From: Peribolospora baueri
Taxonomy: Eukaryota
Direction: 5' to 3'
Assembly (NCBI GenBank): GCA_029717555.1
Contig: JAMDHS010000072.1
Span: 1 to 64,000 of the forward strand
DNA: 64,000 bases
The translations under genes and the position numbers were made by a program. The first letter of the stretch is position 1. Each line of letters begins with the position of its first letter. Of this stretch, positions 13,224 to 27,350 are shown in pieces. The notes beneath the pieces were generated by a model. That model was given only the letters and a program-made list of their open reading frames with translations, had not been told where the DNA came from and ran no database searches.

Positions 13224-14616
13224 GATATGCTGCAAAGCTGTGGGTAGAGAACGTGAAGAGACGGGTGTTTCGAGTTCCGATGGGGGAAGAAAGCAAGATA
13301 TGGCAAAGTCAAGGAAGTAGATGGATGCACTACGGTCGAAGCTTGCTCCAGCTCGACTCTGTCTGAGCTCGTGCTCATGAGATAGGCGCACACAAGCAAA
13401 GGCGAGTCGAGCAGGCGAGAAGCGAGTGGCGTCGCGCCCTACGGCAGTAGGGCTGTGTATGAGGGAGCGGTGCCCGACCGGCGGACGCGCCCAGCTTGCT
13501 TGTCCTCGCCAACGAGTGCGCCCAGCAAACGGGCCATGGAGGAGAAAGGTCGATCCGAGCGCGCACCCGGCTGGGGAGAAGGATGACCGACTGGCGCCTC
13601 CGCAAGATTGTGCTCGACACGGCTGGCTAAGTACGTCGCAGGCGGCTCCCTCCTCTTCTCGCTCTTCCTGGTCCCGCCGTCACTCCAGCGACAGATCCGC
13701 CTTGATAGCCGGTATCGACTGATGATCATATGATCATGTGCTATTGGAGTTTGGTGTCAGGCTGCGCGCGCAAAAGGGGGAGAGGCGCAGCACGAACAGT
13801 TGCTGTGGGTAAGAAGAGCGGGAAGAAGGAAAGCAACTGACACGACACGGGAGACTCGCTCCTGCTGACCCGTGCATGGATAGGACGACAGGGAATTCCA
13901 GCGTGTCGTACATGCCGTAAGACGGCGCCGTTTGCATTAGCCCGCTCGACGCCATCGGCGATGGCGGCCGCGCAAAGGCGGAACTCCCACACCGCCCTGC
14001 CCCGGGAGTGGGTTGTCAAGGGGCGTGTCTGCTTCTCCCTCACCGGAATCCTTCCACGGCGGTGAGCGCATCCAGACGTACTCCAGCTGGCCTGGCAAGG
14101 ACGTCGGGCGTCGGGCGTTCAGGATGGATCCAGAGACACCGGTATCGGAGACATTGTCGCCGCCCAACAAACAACGTTCATCCCCTCGGAGAAAATCCAC
14201 GTGGGGACAGGATGGATGGGCACACTCGATGAGGATGACGATGATGTCGTGTACTCGGGGGTGCCTTCCCCATGAAGAAGGCGTGGAGAGATCACGGCTT
14301 GCATAACTGGGAAACCGAGATCCTTCACATGCCTGGCAACCTGGCAACCTCGCACGAAGGGCGGCCGAGCCGCGCGGGTGGTTAGGGTTACTGGCTGGAC
14401 AAGGACAACGTGGCAAGGCGTAGCCAGCGGCTGGGGGATTGGATTGCATCCACCATCGCCCGTCCGGTGCTACTCTAGTCTGCCGTATCCACCCAGGCCG
14501 ACGTACGTGTCCACCTCCTTCTCCCCCATCCGCTCTCTTCCTTTTCCGTCTGGCACCACCCTTCGCGAGGCGTTCTGTGAACCCTTCCTAGCTCACCAAC
14601 AAAGGCGTCCCTCACC

Positions 14617-16284
14617 ATGGCAGGTGAGTCCCGCCGCCAGGAAGCAGGGTTCCTCGGCGGCCGCCAATCCTTGCCCCTTTCTCCTGCCTCCTCGCTCATC
14701 GCCCTTCTCCCTTCCGTCCAATCAGGCAGGACCAACGACCCTTTCGCGGACCCCAACATCTCATCATCCCAAGCGCTGGACGCTAACCCTTTCTCTGACC
14801 CGTCCATCAAGAACGCCCTCTCCAGCGATGCCTCGCCCTACGAGGAGATCACAGAGCCTGAGCTCGACTACTCCGGCTACTCACAAGGAGCCGCTAGCGT
14901 CGGAGGTAGTGGAAATGCAGAGGCTGTGCGAGAGGAGGAGTTGCGGAGGAGGGAGCAAGAGTTGGAGCGGCGAGAGAGAGAGCTGAGCGCGAGGCAGGAG
15001 CATATCAAGAAGCATGGGAGGAACAACTGGCCGCCATGTGAGTTTGCGCCGAAGAGGGCATCCCTTAGTTTTTATCTTGCGTGCCGTACGCGATAGCCAA
15101 GATGGCGACCCGGGCCGTCGCTTTTCAAAGGACGAACAAGAACGTGTGAAGGGCCGGACCGAAGGGACGGAGGCTGTGGCTGGCCGTCTGTACACCTTGC
15201 TCATCGTGTTTATTTCGCGTCTCCCGCCATCGTTTCCTTTAATCGCTCGACTCCCAGTCTTCCCGCTTATCTACCACGACATCCTAGAGGAAATCCCAGC
15301 GGCATCGCAATCAACGATGACGAACCTCTACCGTCTCTGGCTGTTCCTCGTTCTCGTCCTCATCTTCAACCTCGTCAGCTGCATCATTTTGCTGATCAGC
15401 GGCGCAAGTGACGGTGGCAAGGATTTGGCAGCTGCGATCATGTATTTGCCCGTCATCACCGTCACCAGCTTTTTGTTGTGGTACAGGTGAGCGGTTGTAT
15501 GCTCTCCTCGCCTTTCTTCGAAGTGCCGGTTGCTGACACACTCTATATCGCTTCATCACAAGGCCCATCTACAACGGCCTGATGAGTGAGTTCTTTATTT
15601 CTTTTACTAGTGCACAAGCAGACTGATCTGACCTCTTCCATTGCTTTCATGCAACAGAGGAGCATTCCCTCTTTTGTGAGGTCCCGCCTGCATTCCCCCA
15701 CTTGGCAGGGCCAGTTCCGCTTCTTTATCGAGGATGCTCACCTTTTACACACGATTTCTTTTTCTTGTATACGTTCGATCGCGTAAATCCCATCAGACTG
15801 TAAGTCCGAACGATCTCCACGGTGCATTCACTCGCCTTGTCTTGCGGCGACCTTTAATTCTTTGCTCTTCTCTCCCTTGCAGACATGTACTTCGTCTTTT
15901 GTGGGTTCCACCTCCTCTTCAGCATCTACATGGTCGTCGGCATCCCCTCGACAGGCTCTGCCGGTTTGATCAACACTATCGATATGTTCGGCAAGGGCAA
16001 GCTTCTCGCAGGCATCTTCGGTGCCATCACGACAGTTGGATGGGCTTTGCAGGGCATCGGATTCGGGTGGTATTACAAGACGGTAAGCTGACTGCTATCG
16101 ATAAGGGAATATTGTTTTGCAGCGTTCATTACGTCGTCGCTGACGCGCACATTTTTGTTTCCCCGCCGCCCCTCCTTAGTTCTGGGATCGTCACAACCAG
16201 CAAGGCCACACCTTCGCCAAAGCCAAAGCGGAGCTTGCCACGCACGGCGCCAAGGCTTACTTCACCCGCGGCTCTCAAGTCTAG
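14617..16284 (+). CDS. SCAMP: secretory carrier membrane protein (SCAMP), multi-exon
   Basis: N-terminal DPF/NPF motifs, coiled coil EEELRRREQELERRERE, RNNWPP, FPLIYHDI, FLLWYRPIYN and TM segments. Ends AYFTRGSQV*. Confidence 0.93.
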
Positions 16285-17005
16285 GTTCTCCGTTCGTTCA
16301 CTCCGTTCGTCATACGGTGGTCGACTGAGCGGAAACATTTCGGGTTTGGTTCGCTGTTTTTCCTCCCACGGCCACCTGTACTACCCCGGTATTGATCCTG
16401 TGCGATGCGCAACGTTCGTGTAGGGTATGTTTCTCTGATACGACGCTTCACGAGAATTGATAATTTCGTTACGTAAACTTCGGGTTTGTGTTCGTCTTGT
16501 CGTTTGCGAGGGTGTGCAGCGGCGGACGGCTTGAGCTCACTTTCTTATTTTTTCCCGTTAGAACCCTAATGATGCGGGTCAGGACTTCATTTAATTCTAC
16601 CCGCGAGCAAACGGCATTGTGAATATGGCTCGACTCGTCAGCCTCACTGTCGACAAGCTACGTATGCCGTCCCCAAAAGCTTTATTCTCTGTGCTTGCCC
16701 GTAAAGATAGACTTTGCCGGTAGAGACTACGGAAGTGTATGCGGCACGCCACGGCCTCTCACAATAGGGAAGACCTCGTCGGGAGAGTTGAGGAGAGTCA
16801 AGAAGGAGTGACTAGTTCGGAAAGTCGTCATTTTGTGAATAGCGACCTGCGTTGGTGAGACAGCCCGTCCGATCGTACGATGTCCGTGCGCGCGCGGCTC
16901 CGACGCCTCACGTGATCCACGCTCCATCTCAGCCAGACCTTCCTTCTCGACTCTCAGAACCTGGCCACAGCAAAGAGCCGTCACGAACGTACAGCGTCCG
17001 CCGAA

Positions 17006-19434
17006 ATGTCCGCTCCGGTACAAAAGGATAAGGCAAAGGAGGAGAAGGAGAAGGTGTGTTTTTGGCTTGTTTTTTTTTCCAGTCGCCAGCCCTCTCGGTT
17101 CTTCTCGCTCATCCATTCGTTCGTCCCCCTCTCCGACTTCCAAATCTCCCCCTGGGCCACCAACCCGACCTGCCGCCGGATCCTGTTTCCGTACTCCGAT
17201 TATCCTTGACAGGGAAATGCAGCCTTTAAATCCGGTGACTTTGTCCAAGCCATTGCCCATTACACCTCCGCCGTCGTTGCAGACCCTTCGGACCCGACGT
17301 TCCCCATGAACAGGGCCATGGCGTATCTCAAGCTTGGCAAGTGAGTGGGCCGGTGCAGCAAGGACGGGCGCTGAGCTCTCCTTTACAGGCCGGTTTTAAC
17401 CGTCTTGGTGCTCCAGATCAGACGGAAACTCACCATTACGATCCTTCCCTATCCTCCCGTCCATGTGCGCCACTGCTTCCTCCCCGAAAATGACGACCCT
17501 AGGTATCTCGATGCCGAGCGAGACGCTTCAACGGCCATTCGCCTGCAGCCCAGCAACGTAAAGGCCTATTTCAGAAGAGGGACGGCGCGCAAGGGGGCTG
17601 GGAAGCTGAAGGAGGGCGAAGAGGGTGCGTGAGCGTTCTGTCTTCTCCATCCCCTCTCCCCCCCCCTTCTCTTTATGCTTTCCGCGAGGCGGTGGCAAGG
17701 CTCTGAGGCGTGCCCCACAATGAAGGGTTTTTATGGCTGACGGAGATGGTCGCTTTCTCACGATTGCTTTGTAGATTTCACTCGCGTCCTCGAGTTGGAT
17801 CCCGCGAACAAGGAGGCAAACACGGAGTTGGCCGCTGTGCAGCAGATGGTCAAGGCTCAGGTGCATTCATTTTTTTCTTTTCATGCTACCTTTTGGCTAC
17901 CGGGGAGGAACCTTCTTTTTGAATGTGTTCCCGTACTTTTCTGCTCATCTCATCTTCGAAGCCAAAGTCGCGGACCAAGCCTATGGACTTGGCTTCACCA
18001 ACCTCTACCTTCCCCGACAAAGGTAAAGGCAAAGGAAAAGACGATTCCTCATCATCTTCGGCAAGCATCTTCCTCTCGAGCCAACGATCGGCTTCTGCGT
18101 GGGCCGCTCCTGATGCTCCTGACGACCTTAAAAGCGCTGGGAGTGCAGGGAGCGAAGATAGCGCTCGTCTGAAGCAGGCTTTGGAAGGCGGCAGAGCCCG
18201 TCGAACCGAAGAACTCAAGGAGGTCTCGACTCGACGGATGGCGGACGCAAAAAATAACTCGACCTCTGTGACGCCAGTGGTAAAAGCAGCGCCGCCGCAA
18301 ACGTTTGCACAGGCCAAAGAGCAGAGGGACGCTCGGACGGCTGCTTCACGATTTTCGACAGTGACGCCCCGGCGAATGGTGGAGGCCGCTACTGTCTCAT
18401 CTGTACCCGCTGCGTCTTCTCCGGTTTCAGGCCACCAGGGTCAGACTGAGTCTGCCCGAGACGCCTCCGCCCCAACTCAACTGCTCTCCAGCATTTCTTC
18501 TGCTTCCCCCTCAACGGCCTCCTTCATTTATCCCACTATTTCACCTCGCACAAACCTCCCTGCTCCGACCTTAACCGTTCGCAACTCCGCGCCACCGTCC
18601 TCGTCTAAGAACACTTTAGGAGCACGGCCGCCAGATGTCGAGCTGGCTTTGCCCGCTGAGAAACTGAATGGGTGGGAGTTTGGAAGAAGATGGAAGGCGC
18701 TCGGCGGGACTGGAGCGAGGGCAGGTGCAGGTGGGGCCGAGGAAGAGGGGGAGGGGGAGGTCGCGAAGAGGAGAATGGGCTTTCTTCTGGTAAGTCGGTC
18801 ACTTACTTGAGACCTCTCGAATACATTTCGACTTTTATAGCTCAACTGCTGGACGGCTGACCTTCTGTTGTCGTTAACAATTATTATTGCACCTCCTTCC
18901 ATGTACTCCGGTTCCCTACCTCGATCCTGTCGACGTGCATGTCATGCCACGACGAAAGGCGCTTCCGCCAGGCAGTCTGCCAGCGATCCTTGGTGCGCTC
19001 CTCGACTCCGAGCTCCTCTCTTCCATCATTTCCGTCCTCTCCTCTGCTGTCCTGCCCTCTCCTTCCAAGGGCGAAGTTGAAGCCGCATCAAAAGAAAGGA
19101 CTGAGACGTTCATAGGCGATAACGAAACAAGGACCTTATGGCTCACTTGCGCCGCACGCACATTGGAAGATCTCTCCGGGTGTCAGCGATTCTCTGTGGA
19201 GAGCATGTTCTTAGAGGACAAGGAGAAGTCGGGTGAGCGCATCATCTGAGCCGTTGCATTGTCTCCTTTTCGGCTCTCATTCACGACGAGGCGTGCGCAA
19301 GTACGCATTCATCTTGGCCCTTTTCATCTCTCCCTCCTCTTCCTCACACAGCGGTGCGATCGATACTGGAGCTCGCCGCGTCGAATCGGCTCGTGTCCGA
19401 CCCCGAGGCGCTCAAGCGCGCTTTGTGCTTGTAA
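17006..19434 (+). CDS. RPAP3/SPAG1-like TPR co-chaperone with C-terminal RPAP3_C-like domain
   Basis: Spliced TPR: EKEKGNAAFKSGDF..AIAHYT..NRAMAYLKLGKY..AERD..KAYFRRGTAR..DFTRVLELDPANKEA. C-terminus: GWEFGRRWK..LDSELLSSII..RFSVESMFL. Confidence 0.85.
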
Positions 19435-19712
19435 GCCCTTGATAGCACTCCAAGTCGCTTTGGCACCGCCTTCCATCGATCTGTCGGCGCTTGGTGACCC
19501 GGAGACAAGATGGTAATATTTCCAAGGTGACATTCAAAGGCTTACGGTACGTCCCGACGCCCGAGCCATATACAAAAGAATCGAAATGATACATGCGAAT
19601 GAGATCCATACATCCTGACGCGAGGGGTAACGAGACAAGAGTACGGACGGCGTGTGTTGGTACGAAAGCGAGCGAAGGGGTGACGAATAAAGAAAACGGT
19701 CATAACTTCGGA

Positions 19713-22497
19713 TCAACCGAAGGTCCTGCAAGGAGTTCCAAAAAAGGAAGTTTTGGCCGTCAAAGATCCAACATGTTCGCACGCGCAAAAGACAAACGAT
19801 TCCTTATCCACCGTCGACGTCACTCACTCGAAAAACAAGCGGATCCCGCCAACGCTGCCCACCCTTTTGGCGGGAACGGCTCTGACGGCCTCCCTGGCGT
19901 CATCGACCATCTTATCTGGCCCGCAGACGGCCACGGCAACACCTCCCCTGCCCGACGTCGCGCCCTCGACAACGTCTCCATCAACCCCGCGGGCGATGCA
20001 AAGGTCTAGCATGGCTCCGAGGGCGCGGTGGATGGAGGGTCTGCCCTTTTTCGGTTCCACTCCGGGTGGTAGACCTGTCAGGCCTCGGACAAGGCTCACT
20101 TCGTTCGTCACATGGATGAATAGCTCTAGGTTGAGGTGCGAGACGCTCGCGGCTAGGAGGACGAGGGCGGATAGCTTGGAGGCAAACCAGTCAATGGTTT
20201 CTGAGATGGGAAGGAGGTGTATGTGTGGGGACAAGGGGAAGATGAAAGGGAGCGTGAATCGGCGTCCTTCCGACATCTGCCTTCGTCTGCTGTCGCCTCG
20301 ACACTAAACTCACCCGCCTCCTTGACGACCCAGATGAACTTGACGTGTCTGGTTCGGCCCTTGCCCGTGACCGAGCGGATGACGACGTCCTCAAGCGTGC
20401 TCATGCCGAACGTGACTCCGCTTCCACCGGAGAGGATGAGCGCGCTTTCATACTCGGCCAGGTCACCGAACATGGGCAAGCCGCCGTACGGGCCTTCGAC
20501 AAAGACGTTGACGGTTTTGAAATGGGAGGAGACGCCGCCGGCGTGCATCAACGACGACGAGGCTTGGGGGGAACGAGATGCCTCATGGAGGGCGCGCGTC
20601 CAGTCGCCAGTAGCTTTGGCCACCAGCGTCAGGCCCTGGTGGGTGGGCCCGGTCGGGGCCGTGACGACGCCCTTCTTGTCGTCCAGCACTTCGTCTCCCT
20701 CGCCCCCTTCTCCGTCCACGACAAGTGCGTTCCCGTGGGGCGCATTCGCGATAGTGAGTGGGTGCGACTCAAAGACACGGGCGCCCATGACCACGCGAAG
20801 GTAGACGTGCTGTCCCGCAGACCACCCCTTGCCTAGCGAAGGGACCGTGATCAACGTTGCGTCCTCTCCCAATGGAGTGAGGTTCGCGCTGACGTAACGC
20901 GTGCGCAGGAGACGGAAGAATTGATCGCCACCGTACATGATGCTTGAGATGAAAGCAAACATGCGCGTGATCGGCTTGTGGTAGATGAGCGCGACGACGA
21001 GCATGACTGTGAAGCGAAGTAAGCCGTAGTGCCGCCCGAAAGCAAGTGAGCAGGGTCAGCGGCATATCGGCCTGGGGCGGGGCGAGCGAACAGGGAGCGA
21101 AGTCGGCACGACTCACTAAAGCCGATCGAATGACAAAATAAGAAAAGCCCCCAAGCCCTCTTCCTGAGTCCAGGCAAACTGGTGAGCGCGAGGATGGCCG
21201 TGCCCGTCCAGGCGATAATGCCAGCGAGAATGTAGCCTTGAGCAAAGGGGGAGCCTTCCTTGTGGTTGGCCGTCTCCGCCGCCTTTGCTAGCTTGTATAC
21301 TGTCAGGCGCGAAGATCGCGTTTTGCCGAAATGGGAAGGAATCCGTCAGCTCCGCCCGACTGCCCAACCCATTGAATTTCAGCGAAGCCGATCTACGACG
21401 CTCACTAAAGTACCCGCCGTGGAGAGAAGCGGCGGCAAAAACAATGCGGCCGATCCAACGATGCAAGAAGTTTATCTTCTCTTGGCCCCCCAGGACGGCA
21501 GCAAGGGGAGCTACGGTGTGGAACACAAGGCGAAGGTGGACGGGGAAGGGAGATGAGAGGGAGTAGCATGGAAACGATGCAGAGACCGCAGAGAGCGCTT
21601 ACTGTTTCGCTGCACCATGTAGAAGGCGACTTTTCGTCGGAGCAATCGGGGCGAGTGAGGAGACGGGTCGTGAGCGAAAGAGAACAAAAATTCTCATCAG
21701 CGACATGATCAGATGCCCGCTCATTCAGCCCGAACCCGAAGATCTCGCGCACTTCATAAATCGAACACTATTTAAAAGGCGCATTCCTACTCACTCGGTA
21801 TTCCGGCCAGAGCGGTGAAACCGGCAGGCCTAGGATCAGCCCTCAAATCCTTTCTCCAGAAGACGAGGTAAGCGGAGACAACCCAAGCGAACACAATGAC
21901 CGTCGCCTGGCCGACATCCATGTGGAACTGCGGGAGGGGCTTGATAAGATGGCGGGTGAGGAGGTGTTCGGCTGCCGAGATCGTGGGAGACCTTTTGTAA
22001 GGTGCCTTTGGCCTGATGGTGGCTTGCGACGAGGCTCTCCCGTTCGATCCTCCTCGAGAGACTTGAGGACCGGAGTAAGAGCGGCTTCGAGAGGCCGGCG
22101 TGTCTCGCAAGCCAGCTCGCGAACCTATCGCGGCGGAAGAGGAAGTGAAGGCGGCGATGGATACGACGGGATTAGCGACGAAAGCGCGGTCAGGAGGGTG
22201 GAAGCTGAATGCGGAGGTGCTCTCCAGCGAAGGCTCTCCGATCTTGGCTGCAGACCAGCTCCGGCCGGCGGAACTGAAGGAGAACGTGGAAGAAGAAACG
22301 CCTTTGACCTTTCGGAGGAAGCCCGCCTCCTTGATACGGACTGTGCGGACCCAGCGGAAGATGCTCGGAATGCTGTAGAGCATGACCACAAGAGACAAAA
22401 CAAGAGTAAGGACGATGGGAACGATGGTGATGTAATAATCTTGCAGGTTGAGCAGATGGAATGCCGGACGCGGTGGCAAGTCTCCTGTGGCGGCCAT
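19713..22497 (-). CDS. ferric/cupric reductase (FRE/NOX-like transmembrane component)
   Basis: Heme-histidine motif NFLHRWIGR..LHG, AGQH..ESHPLT (FAD), EGPYGG, GGSGVT and VCGP. The spliced C-terminus is FFE/TFG* (stop 19713-19715). Confidence 0.92.
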
Positions 22498-23996
22498 GGT
22501 GGACGAGTTTCGCTTGGGTGTCCCTGAACAAAAGGATTCTTAGAGTGACAGGCTTGCAGGCGTGGAGGCCCAAATGACTTAAGGTTAAAAGGAGGGTGAA
22601 CGTCGCAGACGAGCGTCTTCTCGATCCCGTCGAAGAGGGTTGCCGTGCGATCCAGTCGCAAGGAGAAGACGAAGAGCAAGGTCAGCCTGTCGACAGACTG
22701 ACTGAGGGTAAAGAAAAAAGTGATCAAAGGGAGGAAGTAGGAGAGGAAGAAGGACGGATAGATGGTGAGGGTGGTGGTGAGCGGAAGGAAAGGTGTTGGA
22801 GACAATCGTGTGGGCGTCGTTGAGGTGAATGCGATATGTATGTCAGCATCCCGACGGGGAAAAATGAGAGCGAGGCAGCCCAACAGTAAGACAAAAAACC
22901 ACGCAGACAGCGACTCCAACGCACTGTACCAAAGCGACCGAATCAAGGCAAATTCTAGGGTTGTGACAATGCCGGAGGATACGCAGGTCGACGACAGCTG
23001 CATCGCAACCGCGTCAGCTGGCCATAAACGTACTCGCAAACGCGCACTCTGCCACATAGTAGCAATCACAGTGGTGATAAGCTCCACTGATTGTCGTCGT
23101 TTTACTGGTACTCCGAGGCCTCTAATCAGAGCGTAGGCGCTGCGTGCGAGGAAGCGGGAGACGGCGATGAGGTGCGCAGCAGCGAAACAAGTGGTCATAT
23201 CCTCTTCCAACCCGATATCTCTTTCCTCCGCTCTCTTCCACTCATTTATCGGTGAAGCGCTTTTCTTCCAAAGCCCGAGAGTAGCAGGAAAGGTGGCTTG
23301 ACGGTTGGAACCCGTCCAGTCGCATTGGGGATGGATGGTGGGACCTTTGCCTGCGTGGTCTTGGCCTCGCTCAGCATCGCATCTAACAGAGATAGCCGGG
23401 GTAAGTAAGGTGGAGACGAGGGGAAGGTGGCGTGGAATAGGGCAAAGGGCGCCTTGACTGGCACTCGTTGCCATGCGATCCGGCTCCTTCAAAGTGCATC
23501 GGCTGCAAGAAGCCGTCGGTCGCCATGGCGAGGTAACCTGACACTAGAAGACCAGAATACCGGCGCCATGCCTCTGACTGGTTAGTCACACGTAATCACA
23601 TCCTCAGCACCAGACCAAGGGGAAACGCTCTTGCCACAGCCCACAGGTACCACGGGCAGACCGTTGGGGCCCTGTGTCGAAGCGCTGAAAGTCACAAATA
23701 CGATCGACGGATGAAGGTCGGATATTTGACATGAGCGTGGAGAGAGCGGCATGTGATCACTTAACGCAGCATCACGTGATCGCTTATATAATACTGCAGG
23801 AGAAATTAGAACCCCCGAGGCGGATAGAAACGTTGATTAGAAGTTTTGTTATGTACTTCAAGATGAAGCGTCGGTCGTCCGTCACGTCTCACCTCACCGC
23901 CTCCACAATCTCCCTCGCCATCGTGGCCTCCTTCACCATCTCTCTCTGCCCGCCTTCGACTTTCTACATCGAAAATATTCAGTCCGGCCCAGCAAG

Positions 23997-26004
23997 ATGC
24001 CCACCAGTCCCGGCTCTCACCGCCGCTCCTTCTCCGCCATGAGCCACCGTTCTAGTTTCGGCGGCCTGGACCCCTTCGATGACGAAGACGATGGCATTCC
24101 GAGATGTGGGTGCCATCGCAGTCCTCTTCACTGATTTCCTCAGAGCGTCCTGTAGTCCTGAATGACTGACGACTCTCAGACCGTCTTTGTCCTCTCATTT
24201 CCCAGTTGAATCTCGCTCGCCGAGTCGGCCCCGCCCGGCGGTGGACGAAAAGATGTACAACGCCATGGAGGCGGAGCAAGAGTCGATTACGCTCGACCTC
24301 ATCAAGCGCCTCGAGCGTCTTAAGGCCGAGAAGGTGGAACTTGAGGTGGCTCTCGAGGCTGAGGGCGAGCAGCTCGTTAACCGTCTTCTAAGGATGCAGC
24401 AACAGCAGCAATCCTTACAGCAGGTTCCAGTCCCGTCTGAGTCTGGCTCTGTTTCCGCCACTTCCCCGCCTGCCTCTGCGGGAAGCACGATGGGATTTGC
24501 GGCCAGAGAACCCGGAGGCGACTTGGGTATTGAAGCGCTTAGGGTGGAGAATGAAACACTCAAGATGAAGTTGCTCGATGCAGACAGAGAGCTGAAGGAG
24601 AGTAGGAGACTCGGCGAGGGTTTCAGGGTTGAGTTAGTTGAGCTCAGGAGAAGGGTGAGTGGCGCTTGACTCTCTTTCATTTGAATGAAATTATTATACT
24701 TACCTTTTCTTCTTTCTTCTCGTCCGCTTTATACGTCGCAGCTGAACATTCCTCTAGACGACTTGGTCGGTCTGCCCTCTCCTTCCCTTTCGCCCTCGCA
24801 TCATCGTCGCTTAAGCAGCAGCCCCGGTACGCGCCCCTTACCCGCTGCGGGCGTAGCTTCATCCGCTGCCCAGCTGAGACAGAGTTCCAACGGCGGCGGC
24901 AGCGGCGTAGGGGCCACGCCGTCTGTACCCATCCCGACGACCGCCGCTTCCTATCATCACAAACGCACCAGCTCAACCTCTTCTCCGTCCGCCTCCTTCG
25001 CTCGCACCTCTACCTTTCCCACGCCCATTTCGTCTTCCGCTGGATCGTCCTTTGGTCTGAGTCTCGAAGAGCCATTCGGCGGTTCGGGGGTTGCGTCAGG
25101 TCTGGAGCGTCGTCGCTCGGCTCACAGCGGAAGCAACAGCACCTACCTCACGTCTCCTAGCACCTCCGCCGCTACCAACGTGAACAGGGATACGCTCTCT
25201 CTTACCATGCCCGTCCGTCGAAGCGCCGCCGGTCAGGGTGCGCCCGGCTCACGATCATCCAGTGTAGACCCTTCCAGCAGCTCCGGCCTTCCGTACCCTC
25301 CAGTTCCCCCCAACTCACTCGTTTCCCCGCCGACGTTTGGCGGCGTCTCGCCCACCTCTTCTTCGAGTTGGGCCACATGGGGCGGACGACATCCTCACCA
25401 GAAGCAAGCACCGCCCCTTTCTTCGACGTCGGCCACCTTTCCCAGCCGTTCCCATTCCCGACATGGCAGCTTCTCCTCCTCCTCCACCTCCTCCTACGCT
25501 TCCGTCCTCCCCGGACCAGGCATTGCTCCGGGCGGTGCTCACCCGTCTCACCTCGCCCAGCCTCACTCCTCCAATGCATACGGATTCTGTCCAACGACGT
25601 CCAGCGCGGAGAACAACCCGCCACACCCACCCGGCTCCACACCGGCGATGGCGGCCAGGCAGAGGAGGCTCAGCCAGAGCGGTGCTACGAGCAATGCTCG
25701 CGTCGCCGAGACGGGCAGGCTGATCAAGCGGGATAGCTCCAATTCTGCCGCTTCGCTCAAGGGCGTTGAGGGTGGTGCCGGTGCTGGTGGGAGCGGGGCG
25801 GACGATGCGGTCTTGAACGTGGACGACAAGGTGCCCGTCTCCAGTCCGAACCCAATGAGCGGGGATTTGGAGAACGCGGTGGAGGAGGAGACGGACGCAG
25901 AGCTTGGGGAGGAGGAGGTGAAAACAGCGTTGCGGGAGGAAGAGGCGAAGGCAGCGGGGCGGGGGAAAGGGGAGAAAGAGGGGGCGGAAGCATCGGCAGA
26001 GTGA
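23997..26004 (+). CDS. coiled-coil protein, CCDC6/DUF2046-like N-terminus with Ser/Pro-rich tail
   Basis: Three exons with GT..AG introns. MEAEQESITLDLIKRLERLKAEKVELEVALEAEGEQLVNRL resembles the CCDC6-type repeat. Confidence 0.7.
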
Positions 26005-26898
26005 GCCCGTGAGACGTCTATATCGGTAACACCATTCGCACGTCCCCCAGGTGGCTGCTCCTATCGCTCTTCCAATTGCCTTTCCGCCCTCACTGCATTA
26101 CCGTTCACAGCGGTATTCACCGATGCGTGATACTCGCCGTCGTGGTCGTCGCTTCCAACTGCTGGCTCGCCATTCCTTCAAACGAACAAAAAAAAATTAG
26201 CCAGCTGTCGTATCAATGCGGTATCCCTACCCTATCATCCTCAATTTCAATGCGCTCGCATGGCTCCGTCAGGTTGCCCGGCGCTACAACATCTGAATGG
26301 CCTTGCCGCTCGCTCCGACCTTCACATGTCGGGCTCGTTCAGGATTTTTTTCGGGGTGCATGCACTCACGCTCCACCGTCTAACGGTGCCAGCATCATTC
26401 GGGCGAGTGAAGGTCACCAGAGGGCTCTGTTGTTCTATCTCGCCTTTTGCCAACCGATTCAGCTGGTTCGGGAAACTAAGCTACGTGGCGAAAGAGGATA
26501 GGTGTGGTCAGGCCAAGTCAACCCTCCCACTTTCCTCCAAATTTGAGCTTCGAGGCCGACCTCGCCCGCGTCTACGCACCGTGTTCAGCTGCCCCTAGGC
26601 ACCTTGGGCTCTCTTCTAGTTCTATACTGGCGCCGATTCTACTCTTTTCCCTCGTTTCACATGACACAAATGACCCTGTCGGTCGGTGCACCGCGAGTAC
26701 CAGCTCGTGAGCTCACGGCGACAAATGGCTTTACTCTAGCTCTTCCGTCGACCCTTTTTTTTTGCCGTTTCCTCTTTCAATCCCCAGGGTTCTTCTTCGC
26801 TCTTTCTGTCGCTCGTCTCCTCTTCGGTTGTATATTTCTTTCTTTCTCTGGCATCAGGTTGTCAGGTCATAACTCCTCCATTCTTTTGTTCCCCCGCG

Positions 26899-27078
26899 AA
26901 AAAGATTATGGTCTCGAAGGACCCCATCCAGCATCTGTAGCAGTCCCCGCAGGTCCGGATCCGCGGCGATCGAGGGATGGTGTTCCAGTCGGATTTGGTT
27001 CGCCTCATTCGGTTCCAGGAAGTACAGTTGCCCGTGGCCAGGCATGGCGCCTTGGAGCGGGCCCTGGAGATGGTAGAA
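26899..27078 (-). mobile_element. Helitron Rep/helicase N-terminal fragment A
   Basis: FYHLQGPL..GHGQLYFLEPNEA..R..LLQMLDGVLRDHNLF matches the Helitron motif YH..G.L.P....AQLY..DP...L..ML...NP. Confidence 0.75.
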
Positions 27079-27350
27079 AGCGGGCGAACTTTCGCACGGA
27101 AAAAGTGCGGGGCACCTGCTTGTATATATATAGATATGCAACTGGCCAAGACCAACAACTAGTCTTCGCTCGATCTTCTCCCCAGCTGGGCCAGTCCAAA
27201 AGCCATTAATTGAACAGCTCTGTGAAACAGCGTCGAAAAGACGAAAAGGACAGCTGAAGTAGACTAGAGAAACCGCAGCGACGCCCAGGCGAGACTACGA
27301 TGCTCAATGGACATGATGGGGCGTGACGCGGGGAGTAGGCTGAGCGGGAG

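Noticed and set aside
13734..14449. ORFs between the pseudogene and SCAMP
   Set aside because: No recognisable motif or consistent splice model.
22125..23492. 455-aa minus-strand ORF upstream of and overlapping the ferric reductase
   Set aside because: Out of frame with the reductase, non-ATG start, runs through promoter/UTR pyrimidine tracts, no recognisable domain.
22500..23990. GATA/metal-response elements in the ferric reductase promoter
   Set aside because: Only isolated GATA hits (e.g. TGATAA ~23075), as expected by chance.
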